Source of the DNA: Coxiella endosymbiont of Haemaphysalis japonica
GTDB taxonomy: Bacteria > Pseudomonadota > Gammaproteobacteria > Coxiellales > Coxiellaceae
Direction of reading: 5' to 3'
Assembly (NCBI GenBank): GCA_048491795.1
Contig: JBGDGR010000003.1
Span: 13,439 to 77,438 of the forward strand
DNA length: 64,000 nucleotides
In this document: one piece after another, positions 21,101 to 32,988 of the stretch
Layout: each line of letters starts with the position of its first letter
How positions within the stretch are numbered: position 1 is the stretch's first letter
Notes under the pieces: generated by a model
Databases searched by the model: none
Told to the model about the DNA's origin: nothing
The model's input: only the letters and a program-made list of their open reading frames with translations
Translations under genes and position numbers: made by a program

Positions 21101-22671
21101 AGATTCTTCATTTGGATCAATTCCAGAGTTTCCGCGGGTAATTCACATAATCCACACCGTAAAGCCAAACCGAAAATTATTGTACTAAAAAATACAATTA
21201 CTCCAAAATCTCATCCGAAAAGTAATCTATAAGTTACCGCTAAACGAGCGTAGTAAGAAATGGAAGCAATGCCGATGATATACAACCCAAGATAATGATA
21301 CTGTCAGTTAAAAGTTTGTATATATAAATAACTCTAAAGCAAATATAGAGCCTATTATGAGCGATAATCGTACTCGAAAACACAACAGCATGGAATAAGT
21401 CATCTAGATTACTCATTGATTAATCAATAACTCTAAGCTAGCTGATTTTATTGTTGAGGAGGCTAAGCAATTGTTATTTGAAGATCTGTAGCAAAAACCA
21501 CATCTCTATTGGATAGAACGACGACATGTAAATGCAACCATCTTCCAATGGATTTAGTAAGTCAGATTACAGAATCGATTTCCATTCTATAGAGCCGAAA
21601 AAAATTGACAAGATTTTTCGGACCACTGTTGGAAAAATACTTAAATCTCATTAAAAAATTCATGCTGTAATGGTCTTACGGGTGATATCAGCTCGGGAAT
21701 TACCAAAAAGAATTGATCAATTTTAGTGAACTAAAAAAATTTCCTACCGCAGTTAGTAACATAGACTTTCAAAGAAAGTTATTGATTCACGATTTAACAT
21801 AACAGACTTTGGGTTTTAATTTTAATTACGGACGGTTAGGACATTAGTTACCATCCTTTTACAGCTGGGACCCAGAAAATGTTCGCTTGACCATACCCTA
21901 TAAAAAAAGAATTCAATTATTGCCGCGTCATGGACATTAATCATGAAACTGGACCACATGCTATGAACAGAGGGGGTTCCACGAAAATGAATGCGTTGGC
22001 CTATAGATCGAGCCCGAAATACACGAAAGCCAATCTAATAATAGAAATATAAGCATGTCGCGGTCGCGCACTTACGAATGTCCATTTCATTAGCTCAACA
22101 CCATTTTGACGAACATAAATCACATGCAGCCAATAATGCTTATTTTATATCATAGTTAAATCGGATTATATCCGCGTCGATGCCAATAAAGTGATCTATC
22201 CACTGCACATTACTACGCCTAATGAAATAGAAAAAACTGATCGAGAGCGATGTGTGCGTTGCTAATCTGCCTGTTGTATAGAATACTGCTATGAAACTTT
22301 ACCTTAAGCAATTACAAGGATGAAGTCATGCAAGATACGCATTAGTCAGTCGGCGGGGATTATTTGATTATTTTCCAATCCATATTTTGGGTAGTTTAAC
22401 CACAGCGCACTCTTCGACACAGAAAATAAAATCCTAACTCTATTTCTTGAATTGACTCAAGCTAACTTTACCTCATTATTTGTCTGGCTAAAAGCAAATT
22501 TTCCTTTTCTTAATAAGATAAATGTTCACATTATTTCATTTACCTATTACACTTCTCTCGAGTCTCTCTAATGATGTTGATAACACGCAAATACTTTGCC
22601 TCATTACCTCACAGAAATAGTGTAAAAATAATTTTTTTGCGCAAAACAAGAGCCGATGATAAGATGTGAGT

Positions 22672-23661
22672 ATGGAATTTGTTAGCAATTACAGCTTATT
22701 TTTAGCTAAATTGATCAGCATCGTGGCTGCTATTCTAATTATTCTTTTTGCCTTTCTAGGTATGCTTACATATGCGAAAGGAAAATCCAAAGGTAAACTC
22801 GATGTTCGAAGATTCAATGATAAATATGAACAATACAATCGTATTCTTCTACGTGCCATTAAAAGTAGACATGAGCTTAAATTGCAATTAAAATCTCAAG
22901 AAAAAGAGCGCAAACGAAAAGTAAAATCAAAAGAACTGAAAAAACGGATTTTTATTCTCAATTTTAATGGTGATATCCACGCTTCCGCCGTGGAGGCGTT
23001 GCGTGAAGAAGTGACCGCCTTACTAACCCTCGCCAATCAAGAGGATGAGGTTCTTGTACGTCTTGAAAGTGTCGGAGGGATAGTCCACAGTTATGGGTTA
23101 GCCGCTTCCCAACTACAAAGAATTAAAGAAGCTAATATAAAATTACTAGTGGCCATCGATAAGATAGCAGCGAGTGGCGGTTATTTGATGGCTTGTGTAG
23201 CTGATTGGATTATTGCTGCGCCTTTTGCCATCGTAGGGTCTATCGGCGTTCTGGCTCAACTGCCCAATTTTCATCGCTACTTACAAAAAAAATCCATTGA
23301 CTTTGAACAAATTACAGCTGGCGAATATAAACGTACACTCACGCTCTTCGGTGAAAATACCGAAAAAGGGCGAGCTAAAATACGTCAAGAAGTTGAAGAA
23401 ATGCACGCACTCTTCAAAAATTTCATTAAGGAGCATCGTAAGGTAGTGGATGTTGAGCAGGTAGCTACAGGCGAGCATTGGTGCGCTTCTCAAGCTATGA
23501 ATTTAAGACTTATCGATGAACTAAAAACAAGCGACAATTATTTGTTAATAGCCAGCCAAACGTGCAATCTCTATGAGATCCGCTATAGGATTAAGCTTGC
23601 TCTAGGTAAGCGCCTTGCCCATGGGCTTAATCAGGCTTATTGCCAACTCCTTAGAACCTGA
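22672..23661 (+). CDS. sohB: S49 family inner-membrane peptidase SohB
   Basis: MEFVSNYSLFLAKLISIV aligns to the SohB N-terminus (MELLSEYGLFLAKIV). S49 core AASGGYLMACVAD present. ATG at 22672, 2 codons inside the track ORF. Confidence 0.88.
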   Translation: MEFVSNYSLFLAKLISIVAAILIILFAFLGMLTYAKGKSKGKLDVRRFNDKYEQYNRILLRAIKSRHELKLQLKSQEKERKRKVKSKELKKRIFILNFNGDIHASAVEALREEVTALLTLANQEDEVLVRLESVGGIVHSYGLAASQLQRIKEANIKLLVAIDKIAASGGYLMACVADWIIAAPFAIVGSIGVLAQLPNFHRYLQKKSIDFEQITAGEYKRTLTLFGENTEKGRAKIRQEVEEMHALFKNFIKEHRKVVDVEQVATGEHWCASQAMNLRLIDELKTSDNYLLIASQTCNLYEIRYRIKLALGKRLAHGLNQAYCQLLRT

Positions 23662-24485
23662 TGGCCACACCTTATTCCACATATAGCTTTTTGTAATATT
23701 TTCTTCCTTCTTAACTCCTGGCGTACGAAAGAGGTCAGGTGAGAAGCGTCAGAGAGGGAAGGAACTATTAGATTTAGATGATAAAAACAAGTCCTATGGA
23801 TAGAGTAATTTTGGAATGGTGAGAAATCCAAAAGGTGTGGAATGCACGTCATACGTCATGATCTTCAATGTTCTTATAGCTCGTCAGCACCTTACTAGAT
23901 TTTAGTCTTAGTGGTTATTTGTTCTTATTCTTTTGCATTATGGTTATTATGACTATCCAAATCTTGTTAAGCTTTTAGTTGCAAGGCTTTTATTGGTAGC
24001 AAAAAAATTCAATATCCGCATCCGCTGAGATATCGTTATTTTCTTTACTATGAATATCAATCGATCACTTACACTTGCTCTCCATCTTCATCAGTGTTTT
24101 AATCATGATTTCTAGAGCTTGGGTGTTATGCAAATCTTAGCAAGTACCATAACCTATTGTATTAGTCGATCTGATGGCATAAACGTTACATGACATACAT
24201 ATTTAGACATTGTCTTCCGGAATGATAGCGCTTTCTGCTCATGTAAATATCAAAAACTTGACAGCTCATGTTTAAAGCTGTTTTAAACACATATCACATT
24301 AATTATATTAAATTACAACCAAAATAGATTTTAAAGACCTAGCCCTTGCTACAAACTTTAAATTCCAGCTTTAAAAAAGAGCTGCTTAAAATATTTGCTT
24401 AGGAAACCGTAATTCTCTACAATCCATTTTGAATTACTGAAGATCCGAATTGATGGAGTCTCTATGCCATTGAAAGAAGAAAGTC

Positions 24486-25208
24486 ATGAAAATGACTAAT
24501 GATGAAAAAAAGAATATTAACCCCGAAGAAGTTTTCAAATTCTCTAAGCTAGCTGAGGAATGGTGGAATCCAAAAGGTCGCACGAAGCCACTACATTTAA
24601 TTAACCCTGTGCGAGTCAAATATATTCAACAGCATGCGATCTTAAAGGATAAGTACATCCTTGATGTAGGCTGCGGAGGAGGCTTGTTGAGCGAAGCTTT
24701 GGCTAAGCAAGGCGCCCAAGTTACTGCTATTGATATGAGTAATGCTTTAATTGCCACCGCTAAAAACCATGCCCAGCAACAAAAATTAAACATCGATTAT
24801 CGATGTCAAGATGTAGAAATTTTAACAAAAACTACGGAACGCTTTGATATTGTGACCTGTATGGAATTACTTGAACACATTCCTAACCCTGCACAGATGG
24901 TAAAAGCATGCGCCCTGCTTACAAAACCAAACGGTAAACTTTTTTTCTCAACTATTAATCGCAATTTTAAAGCTTATCTCTTTACCATTGTCGGCGCAGA
25001 ATACCTTTTAAATTGGTTACCAAAAGGTACCCACGACTATGCTCAATTTATCCGCCCTTCAGAATTAACTCGATGGGCGAAGAGGGCTAAATTACAATTA
25101 GTGGATATGAGCGGCCTTAATTACCACCCTTTTAAAAATGAATTTGATTTAAGTCAAAATATGTCAGTTAATTATCTCGTTTACTTTTCAAAAAAAATCA
25201 TGACATAA
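24486..25208 (+). CDS. ubiG: Ubiquinone biosynthesis O-methyltransferase UbiG
   Basis: 240 aa; FSKLAEEWWNPKG, SAM motif I LDVGCGGGLLSEALA, CMELLEHIPNP. Confidence 0.9.
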   Translation: MKMTNDEKKNINPEEVFKFSKLAEEWWNPKGRTKPLHLINPVRVKYIQQHAILKDKYILDVGCGGGLLSEALAKQGAQVTAIDMSNALIATAKNHAQQQKLNIDYRCQDVEILTKTTERFDIVTCMELLEHIPNPAQMVKACALLTKPNGKLFFSTINRNFKAYLFTIVGAEYLLNWLPKGTHDYAQFIRPSELTRWAKRAKLQLVDMSGLNYHPFKNEFDLSQNMSVNYLVYFSKKIMT

Positions 25209-25210
25209 CT

Positions 25211-25900
25211 CGTTCTCAGCCGTTTTTTGATTTGGGATGGAACTTTTTAGATATGATACCTAATTTGGCAGATGCTTTAAAGCAAATTCTAATGATCCAT
25301 ATTTAATGCACATCTTGGATCTACGAAAAGAATTTCCAATGACCTATTATGGATTGTATCTGGATTATTTCAAGATAGCTCATGGATACTGCTCTACCTC
25401 ATACCAGACGATCAAATGCAAACCTAATTAACCCTATACCACTACTCTAGTTACCTTATATATGGAGATCTTACTCAGATAGTGAAGCACAAGTGAGTAC
25501 CGTTTTAATTGGCGCATTTAGTGGTTCAAGTAGTTCAATGTTAGTAATCAGCTCTCACTACATCGCGGTCGAAAAGGTTTAAACAAAATAAAAGCAGATT
25601 GTCATTTTACTCTTCATTCCGCTTGGCGCTCAATGTTCGCAACTAAAATTATTCTCGCTGCATTATTTCTTATTAGAATGTCAGGACTTCCGTCTGGATA
25701 TTATCCCGAGATCAAAATAAAAGCACTATGGATTTACAAAACTTCGTAGCACAAGAGTGAAGGCCGAAAGAGAATTGGAACAAATCGGAATGCTTTACAA
25801 CAACAAAAGGCAGTTGGAATGCTTTATTTTCAAAAGCAATTTGACTTACTTTTATTAAACTCCTACCCGTAAAATGACAGAATCTGTAACAAGGATGAAC
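25211..25900 (+). pseudogene. gph: HAD-family phosphatase (gph-like) relic
   Basis: Directly after ubiG (the common ubiG-gph arrangement). Reads PFFDLGWNFLDMIPNLADALKQIL then a stop, against HAD motif I FDLDGTLvDSaPDLa.A. The catalytic DxD is lost. The remainder is stop-riddled. Confidence 0.4.
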
Positions 25901-25928
25901 ATCATTAATATCAAATAATTTGCATAAC

Positions 25929-28574
25929 CTAAATATTCCAATCCAAACTCTTCGTAACAATTTCGTAAACATCAGATGATAATCGTCGTGCTTTTATAAT
26001 CCGCTTGAGCTCGTCTTTCATTAGTTCCTGGCGTCTTTCATCTATAATCTGCCAACGTGAAAGGGGTTGTAATACCCGTGCAGCTACTTGTGGATTCACC
26101 GGATCAATTTTAAGCACGTGATCGGAAATTAAACGGTAACCCTCTCCACTCTTATCATGAAAACAAACGACATTCATACCAAAATTCACTAATAATGCAT
26201 ACACACTATTGGGATTTTTAATATCGAAAGCAGGGTGCTGAATTAATTTTTTCATATTTTCTATTGTGGATGGCAGCTGTGATGATGCTTGTAATGCCAT
26301 CCATTTATTAATAACTAAAGGCTGATCTTTCCATTGTTGATAGAATTCATTTAATGCATAGCGGCGTTCTTTACACTCGTGATTAATTAAGGCGTACAAA
26401 GCACCCACAATATCTGTCATATTATCGCTATTTTTAAACTGTCGGTAAGCCAGAACGTATTGATCTCCCCCATTTTCAGTTAAATAGCTCAAACAACAAT
26501 TTTTCAATGCACGTTTACCAACATCAGCCAAATTATATTCGTAGAAAGGTATTTGATGATTTTCATAGGTTTTTATTAACTCTGATATCAAAGCTGCTGC
26601 CAATTCTTTTTTTATAAATTGACGAATTACATACAGCGCTTCGATGTCGATATGTCTCATGAATTGCATTAAGTACGCTTCTGTAGGCAAAAGCAGGAGG
26701 GTAGCTTCATACCTATAATCTTTATAGGGCCCCTGAATAATTTTTCGAAAACTTTCTATGAATCGATGGTCTAGTTTTAATGATTTCTGTTGTTGATAGT
26801 CTTTAACCAAATTAAATATTAGACGCTTCGCAAATACTTGACCTGCTTCCCATCGGGCAAAAGGATCGCTTTCATATTGGAAGAGCTGTAAGAGTTCCTC
26901 ATCACTATATGGATAGTTTAAGTGCACTGGAGCAGAAAAATCCCGTAGAAGCGATAATGTTGGCTTGTGTTTCACGTTGATGAATTTAAATATTTCCTCG
27001 GATTTTTTAATCTCTAAAATACGCGTGCCTTGAATAACTACATTCTCTCCAGCTAATTGGGTAGGCATATCTTGGCATACCGGACCTAAAAAACCCAGTG
27101 CTAAGGGAATGTGTAATAATAATTTCTCAGATTGCTTCGAAGTGGGAAGATAGGACTGTCTCACCTTCAAAGTTAGAGTTTTTTTATTTTCGTTGTATTC
27201 ACTTTCTACATCGAGTACCGGCGTACCAGATTGATCGTACCACCGTTTGAATTGATCGAAATTTCTTCCGGAAGCATCTGCCATCGCTTGAATAAAATCT
27301 TCAGTTGTTACCGCTTTTCCATCATAACAGCAAAAATAAAGCTCCATCGCCTTACGGAAAATTTTAGGCCCTAATAAAGTCTGTACCATACGAATAACTT
27401 CTGCGCCTTTATCATAAACCGTACTCGTATAAAAATTATTAACTTCAATGTATGAGCGTGGTCGAATAGGGTGGGCCATCGGCCCTGCATCTTCTGCAAA
27501 CTGCAGATTACGCAAATAATTCACGCTTTCAATCCGGGCAACACCTTTTGATGTCACATCTTCCATAAAGGATTGATCTCGAAAAACAGTTAACCCTTCT
27601 TTTAAAGTAATTTGAAACCAATCACGGCACGTTACACGATTACCTGACCAATTATGGAAATATTCATGCCCGATTACATTTTCGATACGAATGTAATCTT
27701 CGTCAGTAGCCGTTTTTGGGTTAGCTAAAATATTTTTGGTATTAAAAATATTAAGTCCTTTATTTTCCATCGCCCCCATATTAAAATCACTTACTGCAAC
27801 GATCATATAGATATTAAGATCGTATTCGCGGCCAAACCTTTCCTCATCCCATTTCATTGCTTTTTTTAAAGCTCGCAAAGCAAAAGGCCCGTGATCTTTG
27901 AATCCTTTTTCCAAATAAAGTCGCAACACTACTTCCCTACCTGATTGAGTAATAAAAGTATCCTCCAATAAATCAAAATCTCCAGCTACCAAAGCAAATA
28001 AATAGGAAGGCTTTTTCCAAGGATCTTCCCAATGCACCCACTGACGATTACTATTACTATCCAACTTTTTTGTTATCAAATTTCCATTTGATAACAAAAA
28101 AGGATACTTATCTTTATCAGCTGCAATCGTCGTGGTATAACGCGCCAACACATCAGGACGATCTAGAAAATAAGTGATTCGACGAAATCCATGCGGCTCA
28201 CATTGAGTGCAAAAATTACCCCGCGATTTATAAAGGCCACTTAGTTGAGTATTTTCTTGCGGTTTAATTGTTACTTCAGTCTCTAAAATAAATTCATCCG
28301 GAACAAAGGATATTGTTAATGAAGAACTATTAATTTCAAAATCGGCGGGTGACAATACTTGCCCGTTGAGCGCTATTCGCTTCAAGGCCATCGCTTCGCC
28401 ATTGAGTATTAATGGTGCTGATGTCTTTATTTTTGAATTACGATGTAAACTTAAAATGGTCTTAACGTGAGTTTCTTCTTCATGAAGATCTATGTGCATA
28501 TGTACAGTATCAATCAAAAATAAAGGGGGATGATAATCTTTAAGATAGATAGTTTGCGGTTTTTTATCACTCAT
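25929..28574 (-). CDS. pepN: Aminopeptidase N
   Basis: 881 aa; GAMEN and HEYFHNWSGNRVT...WFQITLKEGLT zinc-binding motifs. Confidence 0.94.
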   Translation of the reverse strand: MSDKKPQTIYLKDYHPPLFLIDTVHMHIDLHEEETHVKTILSLHRNSKIKTSAPLILNGEAMALKRIALNGQVLSPADFEINSSSLTISFVPDEFILETEVTIKPQENTQLSGLYKSRGNFCTQCEPHGFRRITYFLDRPDVLARYTTTIAADKDKYPFLLSNGNLITKKLDSNSNRQWVHWEDPWKKPSYLFALVAGDFDLLEDTFITQSGREVVLRLYLEKGFKDHGPFALRALKKAMKWDEERFGREYDLNIYMIVAVSDFNMGAMENKGLNIFNTKNILANPKTATDEDYIRIENVIGHEYFHNWSGNRVTCRDWFQITLKEGLTVFRDQSFMEDVTSKGVARIESVNYLRNLQFAEDAGPMAHPIRPRSYIEVNNFYTSTVYDKGAEVIRMVQTLLGPKIFRKAMELYFCCYDGKAVTTEDFIQAMADASGRNFDQFKRWYDQSGTPVLDVESEYNENKKTLTLKVRQSYLPTSKQSEKLLLHIPLALGFLGPVCQDMPTQLAGENVVIQGTRILEIKKSEEIFKFINVKHKPTLSLLRDFSAPVHLNYPYSDEELLQLFQYESDPFARWEAGQVFAKRLIFNLVKDYQQQKSLKLDHRFIESFRKIIQGPYKDYRYEATLLLLPTEAYLMQFMRHIDIEALYVIRQFIKKELAAALISELIKTYENHQIPFYEYNLADVGKRALKNCCLSYLTENGGDQYVLAYRQFKNSDNMTDIVGALYALINHECKERRYALNEFYQQWKDQPLVINKWMALQASSQLPSTIENMKKLIQHPAFDIKNPNSVYALLVNFGMNVVCFHDKSGEGYRLISDHVLKIDPVNPQVAARVLQPLSRWQIIDERRQELMKDELKRIIKARRLSSDVYEIVTKSLDWNI

Positions 28575-28855
28575 CTTAACCTCACATTAACCAGTTCTGT
28601 ATTCTATCTCCGATAAGTACAGCACATCAATAGTTGAATATTTCCCAATAAATTTCTAACACTAACCTTTTGATTAAACAGTACTCACTAAAATAATCCA
28701 TAAAAATGTGATAATTTTCTACATTTTAGGAAAATTTTCCTTTTGAACTTATAAATTTTGATGTTACGATAGAAATTTTATAGCTTAATGAAAGAATATT
28801 TCCATTCTGATTTTTCAATGACAAATAGGAGTATGATCATGAAGGAATTACCACT

Positions 28856-29146
28856 ATGGAAGCCGATATCTTAGTTCAAGAACCCGAGATGAAACCTGTC
28901 GCAACCGGTCAATCGTTTGTGTCGAGTGTTCAACAATCGTTGCAAAATTATTTTACGCAACTCGATGGTCAGGATCCTGCTAATCTCTACAGTATGGTTT
29001 TATCTGAAATAGAGGCGCCATTACTGAAAATGGTAATGCGCTATACCAATGGTAATCAAAGTAAGGCGGCTAAGATCCTAGGAATTAGTCGAGGAACTTT
29101 ACGTAAAAAACTCTCTATTTATCATACTAATGACTCACATCGTTGA
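28856..29146 (+). CDS. fis: DNA-binding protein Fis
   Basis: 96 aa; C-terminal [24 protein letters not shown]. Overlaps the purH start by 17 nt. Confidence 0.88.
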   Translation: MEADILVQEPEMKPVATGQSFVSSVQQSLQNYFTQLDGQDPANLYSMVLSEIEAPLLKMVMRYTNGNQSKAAKILGISRGTLRKKLSIYHTNDSHR

Positions 29147-30707
29147 TCTTCAACGAGCAATTAAACATGCATTAATTAGTGTTGCAGACAAAGCTAATAT
29201 TGTTGGGTTTGCACGGCAGCTGATTAAACGGGGTATTGAGATAATAGCGACTGGCGGAACCGCAAAGCTATTAAGAGAACATCAAATTTCGGTTATTGAT
29301 GTTCCTACCTACACAGGGTTTCCGGAAATTTTGGACGGTCGTATAAAAACACCACATCCCAAAATTCATGGTGGCCTTCTAGCTAGAAGGGGGCTCGATG
29401 ATGATGTTCTCAAGCAACATGCCATTACACCAATCGATTTACTTATTGTAAATCTTTATCCCTTCACTCAAACAATAGCCTCTCCCCACTGTACACTTGA
29501 AAAGGCAATAGAACAAATCGATGTGGGTGGCCCTAGCATGCTTCGAGCGGGTGCGAAGAACTTTAATGCTGTTACAGTAGTAGTCAATCCCATTGATTAT
29601 TCATTAGTTTTACAAGAAATGGATACATATCATAATTCAACCACATTATCTACTCGTAAAGTTTTAGCTCAAAAAACTTTTGAGCACCTTTCCTGTTACG
29701 ATGCGGAGATTGCAGCCTATCTAGCGCAAGAGGCTCTTTCTTCGTTTACTTCAGAACTACCTATAACTTTCAGAAAAAAAATGGATCTTCGCTACGGGGA
29801 AAACCCGCATCAAGCCGCCGCACTTTACTGCGCGATCCCAAAACCAATCGACGACTTAACCGAAGCTCAGCAACTACAGGGAAAACCACTTTCATTTAAT
29901 AATTTGCTTGACAGCGATTGCGCTTACCGTACGGTATGGGAAGGACAACAAATAACCCCTACCTGTGTTATCGTTAAACACGCTACTCCCTGCGGGGCTG
30001 CTCAAGGAGAAAATCAATTAATAGCTTATGAAAAGGCCTACACTACAGATCCTCTTTCTGCCTTTGGCGGGATCATTGTTTTTAATTCAATCTTAGAGGT
30101 TGAAACTGCAAAAAAGATTTTTGCAACACAATTTGTTGAAGTAATCATTGCTCCAGACTTTGGCGTCGATGCTCTAACTATATTGAAAAGTAAACGTAAT
30201 TTACGTTTACTAAAAGCCAAACCTTTTAAGAGTAAGAAAACAAGCTATTCTTTCCACTCCATTAGCGGGGGATTACTTGTCCAGCAAACAGACAAAATTG
30301 AAATTGATCTTAAAGAACTTACGGTGGTGAGCCAGCGTCAACCTTCAAAAAAAGAGCTGCAAGATTTGTATTTCGCTTGGCAAATTGTGAAACATGTAAA
30401 ATCTAACGCGATAGTCTGTGTCAAAAATACAGCCACTTTGGGAATCGGCAGCGGCCAAACCAGTCGAGTATTCGCTGCTAAAATTGCTGTAATGAAAGCG
30501 CAAGAAGCTGGTCTATCATTAAAAAATGCTGTAATGGCTTCCGATGCATTTTTTCCATTTAGCGACGGAATTGAAGTAGCAGCACAAGCTGGAATTAGCG
30601 CTATTATTCAGCCAGGGGGTTCAATAAGAGATGAAGAAGTTATCGAAGTTGCAAATAAAGCAAGCATCGCAATGATCTTTACCCATCAACGTCACTTCAG
30701 ACACTAA
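29130..30707 (+). CDS. purH: Bifunctional AICAR transformylase / IMP cyclohydrolase
   Basis: 525 aa; [16 protein letters not shown]-terminal FTHQRHFRH. Confidence 0.93.
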   Translation: MTHIVDLQRAIKHALISVADKANIVGFARQLIKRGIEIIATGGTAKLLREHQISVIDVPTYTGFPEILDGRIKTPHPKIHGGLLARRGLDDDVLKQHAITPIDLLIVNLYPFTQTIASPHCTLEKAIEQIDVGGPSMLRAGAKNFNAVTVVVNPIDYSLVLQEMDTYHNSTTLSTRKVLAQKTFEHLSCYDAEIAAYLAQEALSSFTSELPITFRKKMDLRYGENPHQAAALYCAIPKPIDDLTEAQQLQGKPLSFNNLLDSDCAYRTVWEGQQITPTCVIVKHATPCGAAQGENQLIAYEKAYTTDPLSAFGGIIVFNSILEVETAKKIFATQFVEVIIAPDFGVDALTILKSKRNLRLLKAKPFKSKKTSYSFHSISGGLLVQQTDKIEIDLKELTVVSQRQPSKKELQDLYFAWQIVKHVKSNAIVCVKNTATLGIGSGQTSRVFAAKIAVMKAQEAGLSLKNAVMASDAFFPFSDGIEVAAQAGISAIIQPGGSIRDEEVIEVANKASIAMIFTHQRHFRH

Positions 30708-31514
30708 GAATGAAGAGCCAGCTTATGGGTTTTAAGATAAGAGATTTGAGAAATAAAATAACATAGTAACTGAGCAACTTATAAGTCGCGCGCTGTTTTT
30801 TAGAGAACGAAGTACTAATTGTAGTACAATGATAATATAACATTGGGTGTTATATGATGTGTTCCCCATTGTGCATCCCGCGTCTTTTAATTCTTTTGTG
30901 AGCTTGATAATTTTCATATCGCCCGTAAAAATTCGCATTCGTTTCTAAATTATTTGCTCTGTTCTCGTTCTCTACTAAAGCTAATTTTTAGAATGGTCGC
31001 TTTTTGATTACCTCAAATTCGCGTGACCAAATAACTTTTGCTTGATGGGCTATTTTAGAAAACCCATATTATAATTACCTGATTCATTATGGAGAATTAT
31101 TTCCTTTTTTTTAAAATCTTAAATTTTCAACAGGAGAAAAGAATAGGCATTAAACCTATAAAATTATCATTTTTATTTTAAATAGTAAAAATAGCTTTAA
31201 TTATTTATCGTTACCTACCGAGGTAACTTTAAAGCCAAGAGGGGCTTGACCGGATAAGTTCTGCTAGTTGCCTTGCTTAATATTTAACACGTGCCGGCAT
31301 ATGTTAAATATGGTTTCTTTTTATCACCTTTAGTATAGCTTAAAACTTACTATCACATATATAAGGATATTCTATGATAACTAGTAGCATTACCCCTGAT
31401 TGTCCCAGCATAAAGTTATGTTCTGCTATATTGGTGATCTAGGATCACGAGCATAATGGGTTTTCTGAATCAAAAAAGCTAAATCGGATCCAGCTACCCT
31501 TTGCTTGTATCCAA

Positions 31515-32987
31515 TCAATTACTAAAATTAGCACATTGGTCAGATTCCCTAGAAAAATAAGCCATCCGAGAGAGAAAGGCAGAAAGCACCTTCGCAGGTT
31601 CATCAGCCTTCATTACTGCAGAAATGACGGCTACACTCCTAACTTTTGTCCTCAAAACGGCTTCCAGGCATTCTAAGGTAATACCCCCAATCGCTACAAT
31701 GGGATAAGGCGAAATTTTCTGCCAATAACGTAAGGCCGCTAACCCTTGCGGTGGAAAAGGCATTTCTTTAGAGGTCGTCTCATAAATAGGCCCAAACGCG
31801 ATATAAGAAGGTCTAAAGGCGTGAGCGCACGCTAATTCGTAAAGTGAATGAGTGCTAATACCTAAGCGTAAGTTAGCGGTGTGAATAGAAAAAATATCGG
31901 CCGTTGTCAAATCCTCTTGTCCTAAATGAACTCCATAAGCACCGGTTTCAATCGCAAGTTTCCAATAATCATTGATGAAGAGTTTTGCTTGATAATTGCG
32001 GGCTAAGCATACGCTTTCAATTATGGCTTGTTTAATAAACGATAACTTTTTATTTTTAATTCGTAATTGTATCGTGCGAACACCACAAGTTAATAATTTT
32101 CGTACCCATTCAACGCTATCAACAATAGGATAAAAACCCAACTTACCACAACTCAAAAAAGGAAAAGATGAAAAATTGACTTGCTTTGTTACGACAGGAA
32201 GATCTAAGGAATATCGAGGAAAACCCAGTCGTCCTAATAATATATTATTTTTAATTTTGAAGTTCTCACGAATTCCTTGTTGGATATACATTTTCCCTAA
32301 AATAAGTGAATCTTCTAATGAATATCCTCGAGACAAAGCAGAACTAATCGCTGAGCTTAAACTACAACCTGTCCCACGAGTACGTGTCTCCTTAATTTTG
32401 GAATTAATTAACCAAAATTTCTTATCACCATCTGTAAAAAAATCGCAAGCCTTTTCAGAGCTTAAATGACCACCCTTTAGTAATACTGATTTCACTCCTA
32501 GCTCTAAAAAAACTGGTGCTGCCATTGCCATATCTTCTAGAGAATGAATTTTTTGCTGAAGGAAAATTTCGGCTTCAGGAATATTAATAGTTAATAAATT
32601 TATATAGGGAAAAATAAGCCTTTTTAAATCAAAGGGTTTTGTAAATGAGGCACCAGACGTCGACTTTAGGACCGGATCACAAACGATAAAACCCTTATAA
32701 TTTTGTAAATAAGAATTGATAGTAATCAGAGTTGATTTTTTACCTAAAAGTCCAAGCTTAACGACAGAAGGCGCAAATGCTTTTTCTAAGCTATTAATCT
32801 GCATTTGGATTAGATGAGAATCGCAATAATGGATTTCCAGTACCTCTTGCGCATTCTGTGCCGTAATGGCAGTGATAACAGTAGCTGCATGAACGTTAAA
32901 ATCACGGCATGTTAGTAAATCTGCCTGACAGCCTGCGCCACCCGAGCAATCAGAACCACAAATTACCCAAACAATTGGTTTTTTCAT
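31515..32987 (-). CDS. thiDE: Fused HMP-P kinase (ThiD) / thiamine-phosphate synthase (ThiE)
   Basis: 490 aa. N-terminal half ThiD-like (GSDCSGGAGCQADL, GTGCSLSSAI). C-terminal half ThiE-like (FYPIVDS...IQLRIKN...GVHLGQEDL...GPIYETTSK...IGGI). Confidence 0.88.
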   Translation of the reverse strand: MKKPIVWVICGSDCSGGAGCQADLLTCRDFNVHAATVITAITAQNAQEVLEIHYCDSHLIQMQINSLEKAFAPSVVKLGLLGKKSTLITINSYLQNYKGFIVCDPVLKSTSGASFTKPFDLKRLIFPYINLLTINIPEAEIFLQQKIHSLEDMAMAAPVFLELGVKSVLLKGGHLSSEKACDFFTDGDKKFWLINSKIKETRTRGTGCSLSSAISSALSRGYSLEDSLILGKMYIQQGIRENFKIKNNILLGRLGFPRYSLDLPVVTKQVNFSSFPFLSCGKLGFYPIVDSVEWVRKLLTCGVRTIQLRIKNKKLSFIKQAIIESVCLARNYQAKLFINDYWKLAIETGAYGVHLGQEDLTTADIFSIHTANLRLGISTHSLYELACAHAFRPSYIAFGPIYETTSKEMPFPPQGLAALRYWQKISPYPIVAIGGITLECLEAVLRTKVRSVAVISAVMKADEPAKVLSAFLSRMAYFSRESDQCANFSN

Positions 32988-32988
32988 T

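Noticed and set aside
23664-23843. Short inverted 8-9-mers (ccacacctt / aaggtgtgg and attccaca / tgtggaat) after sohB.
   Set aside because: Short, overlapping and ambiguous pairings about 160 nt apart, consistent with chance.
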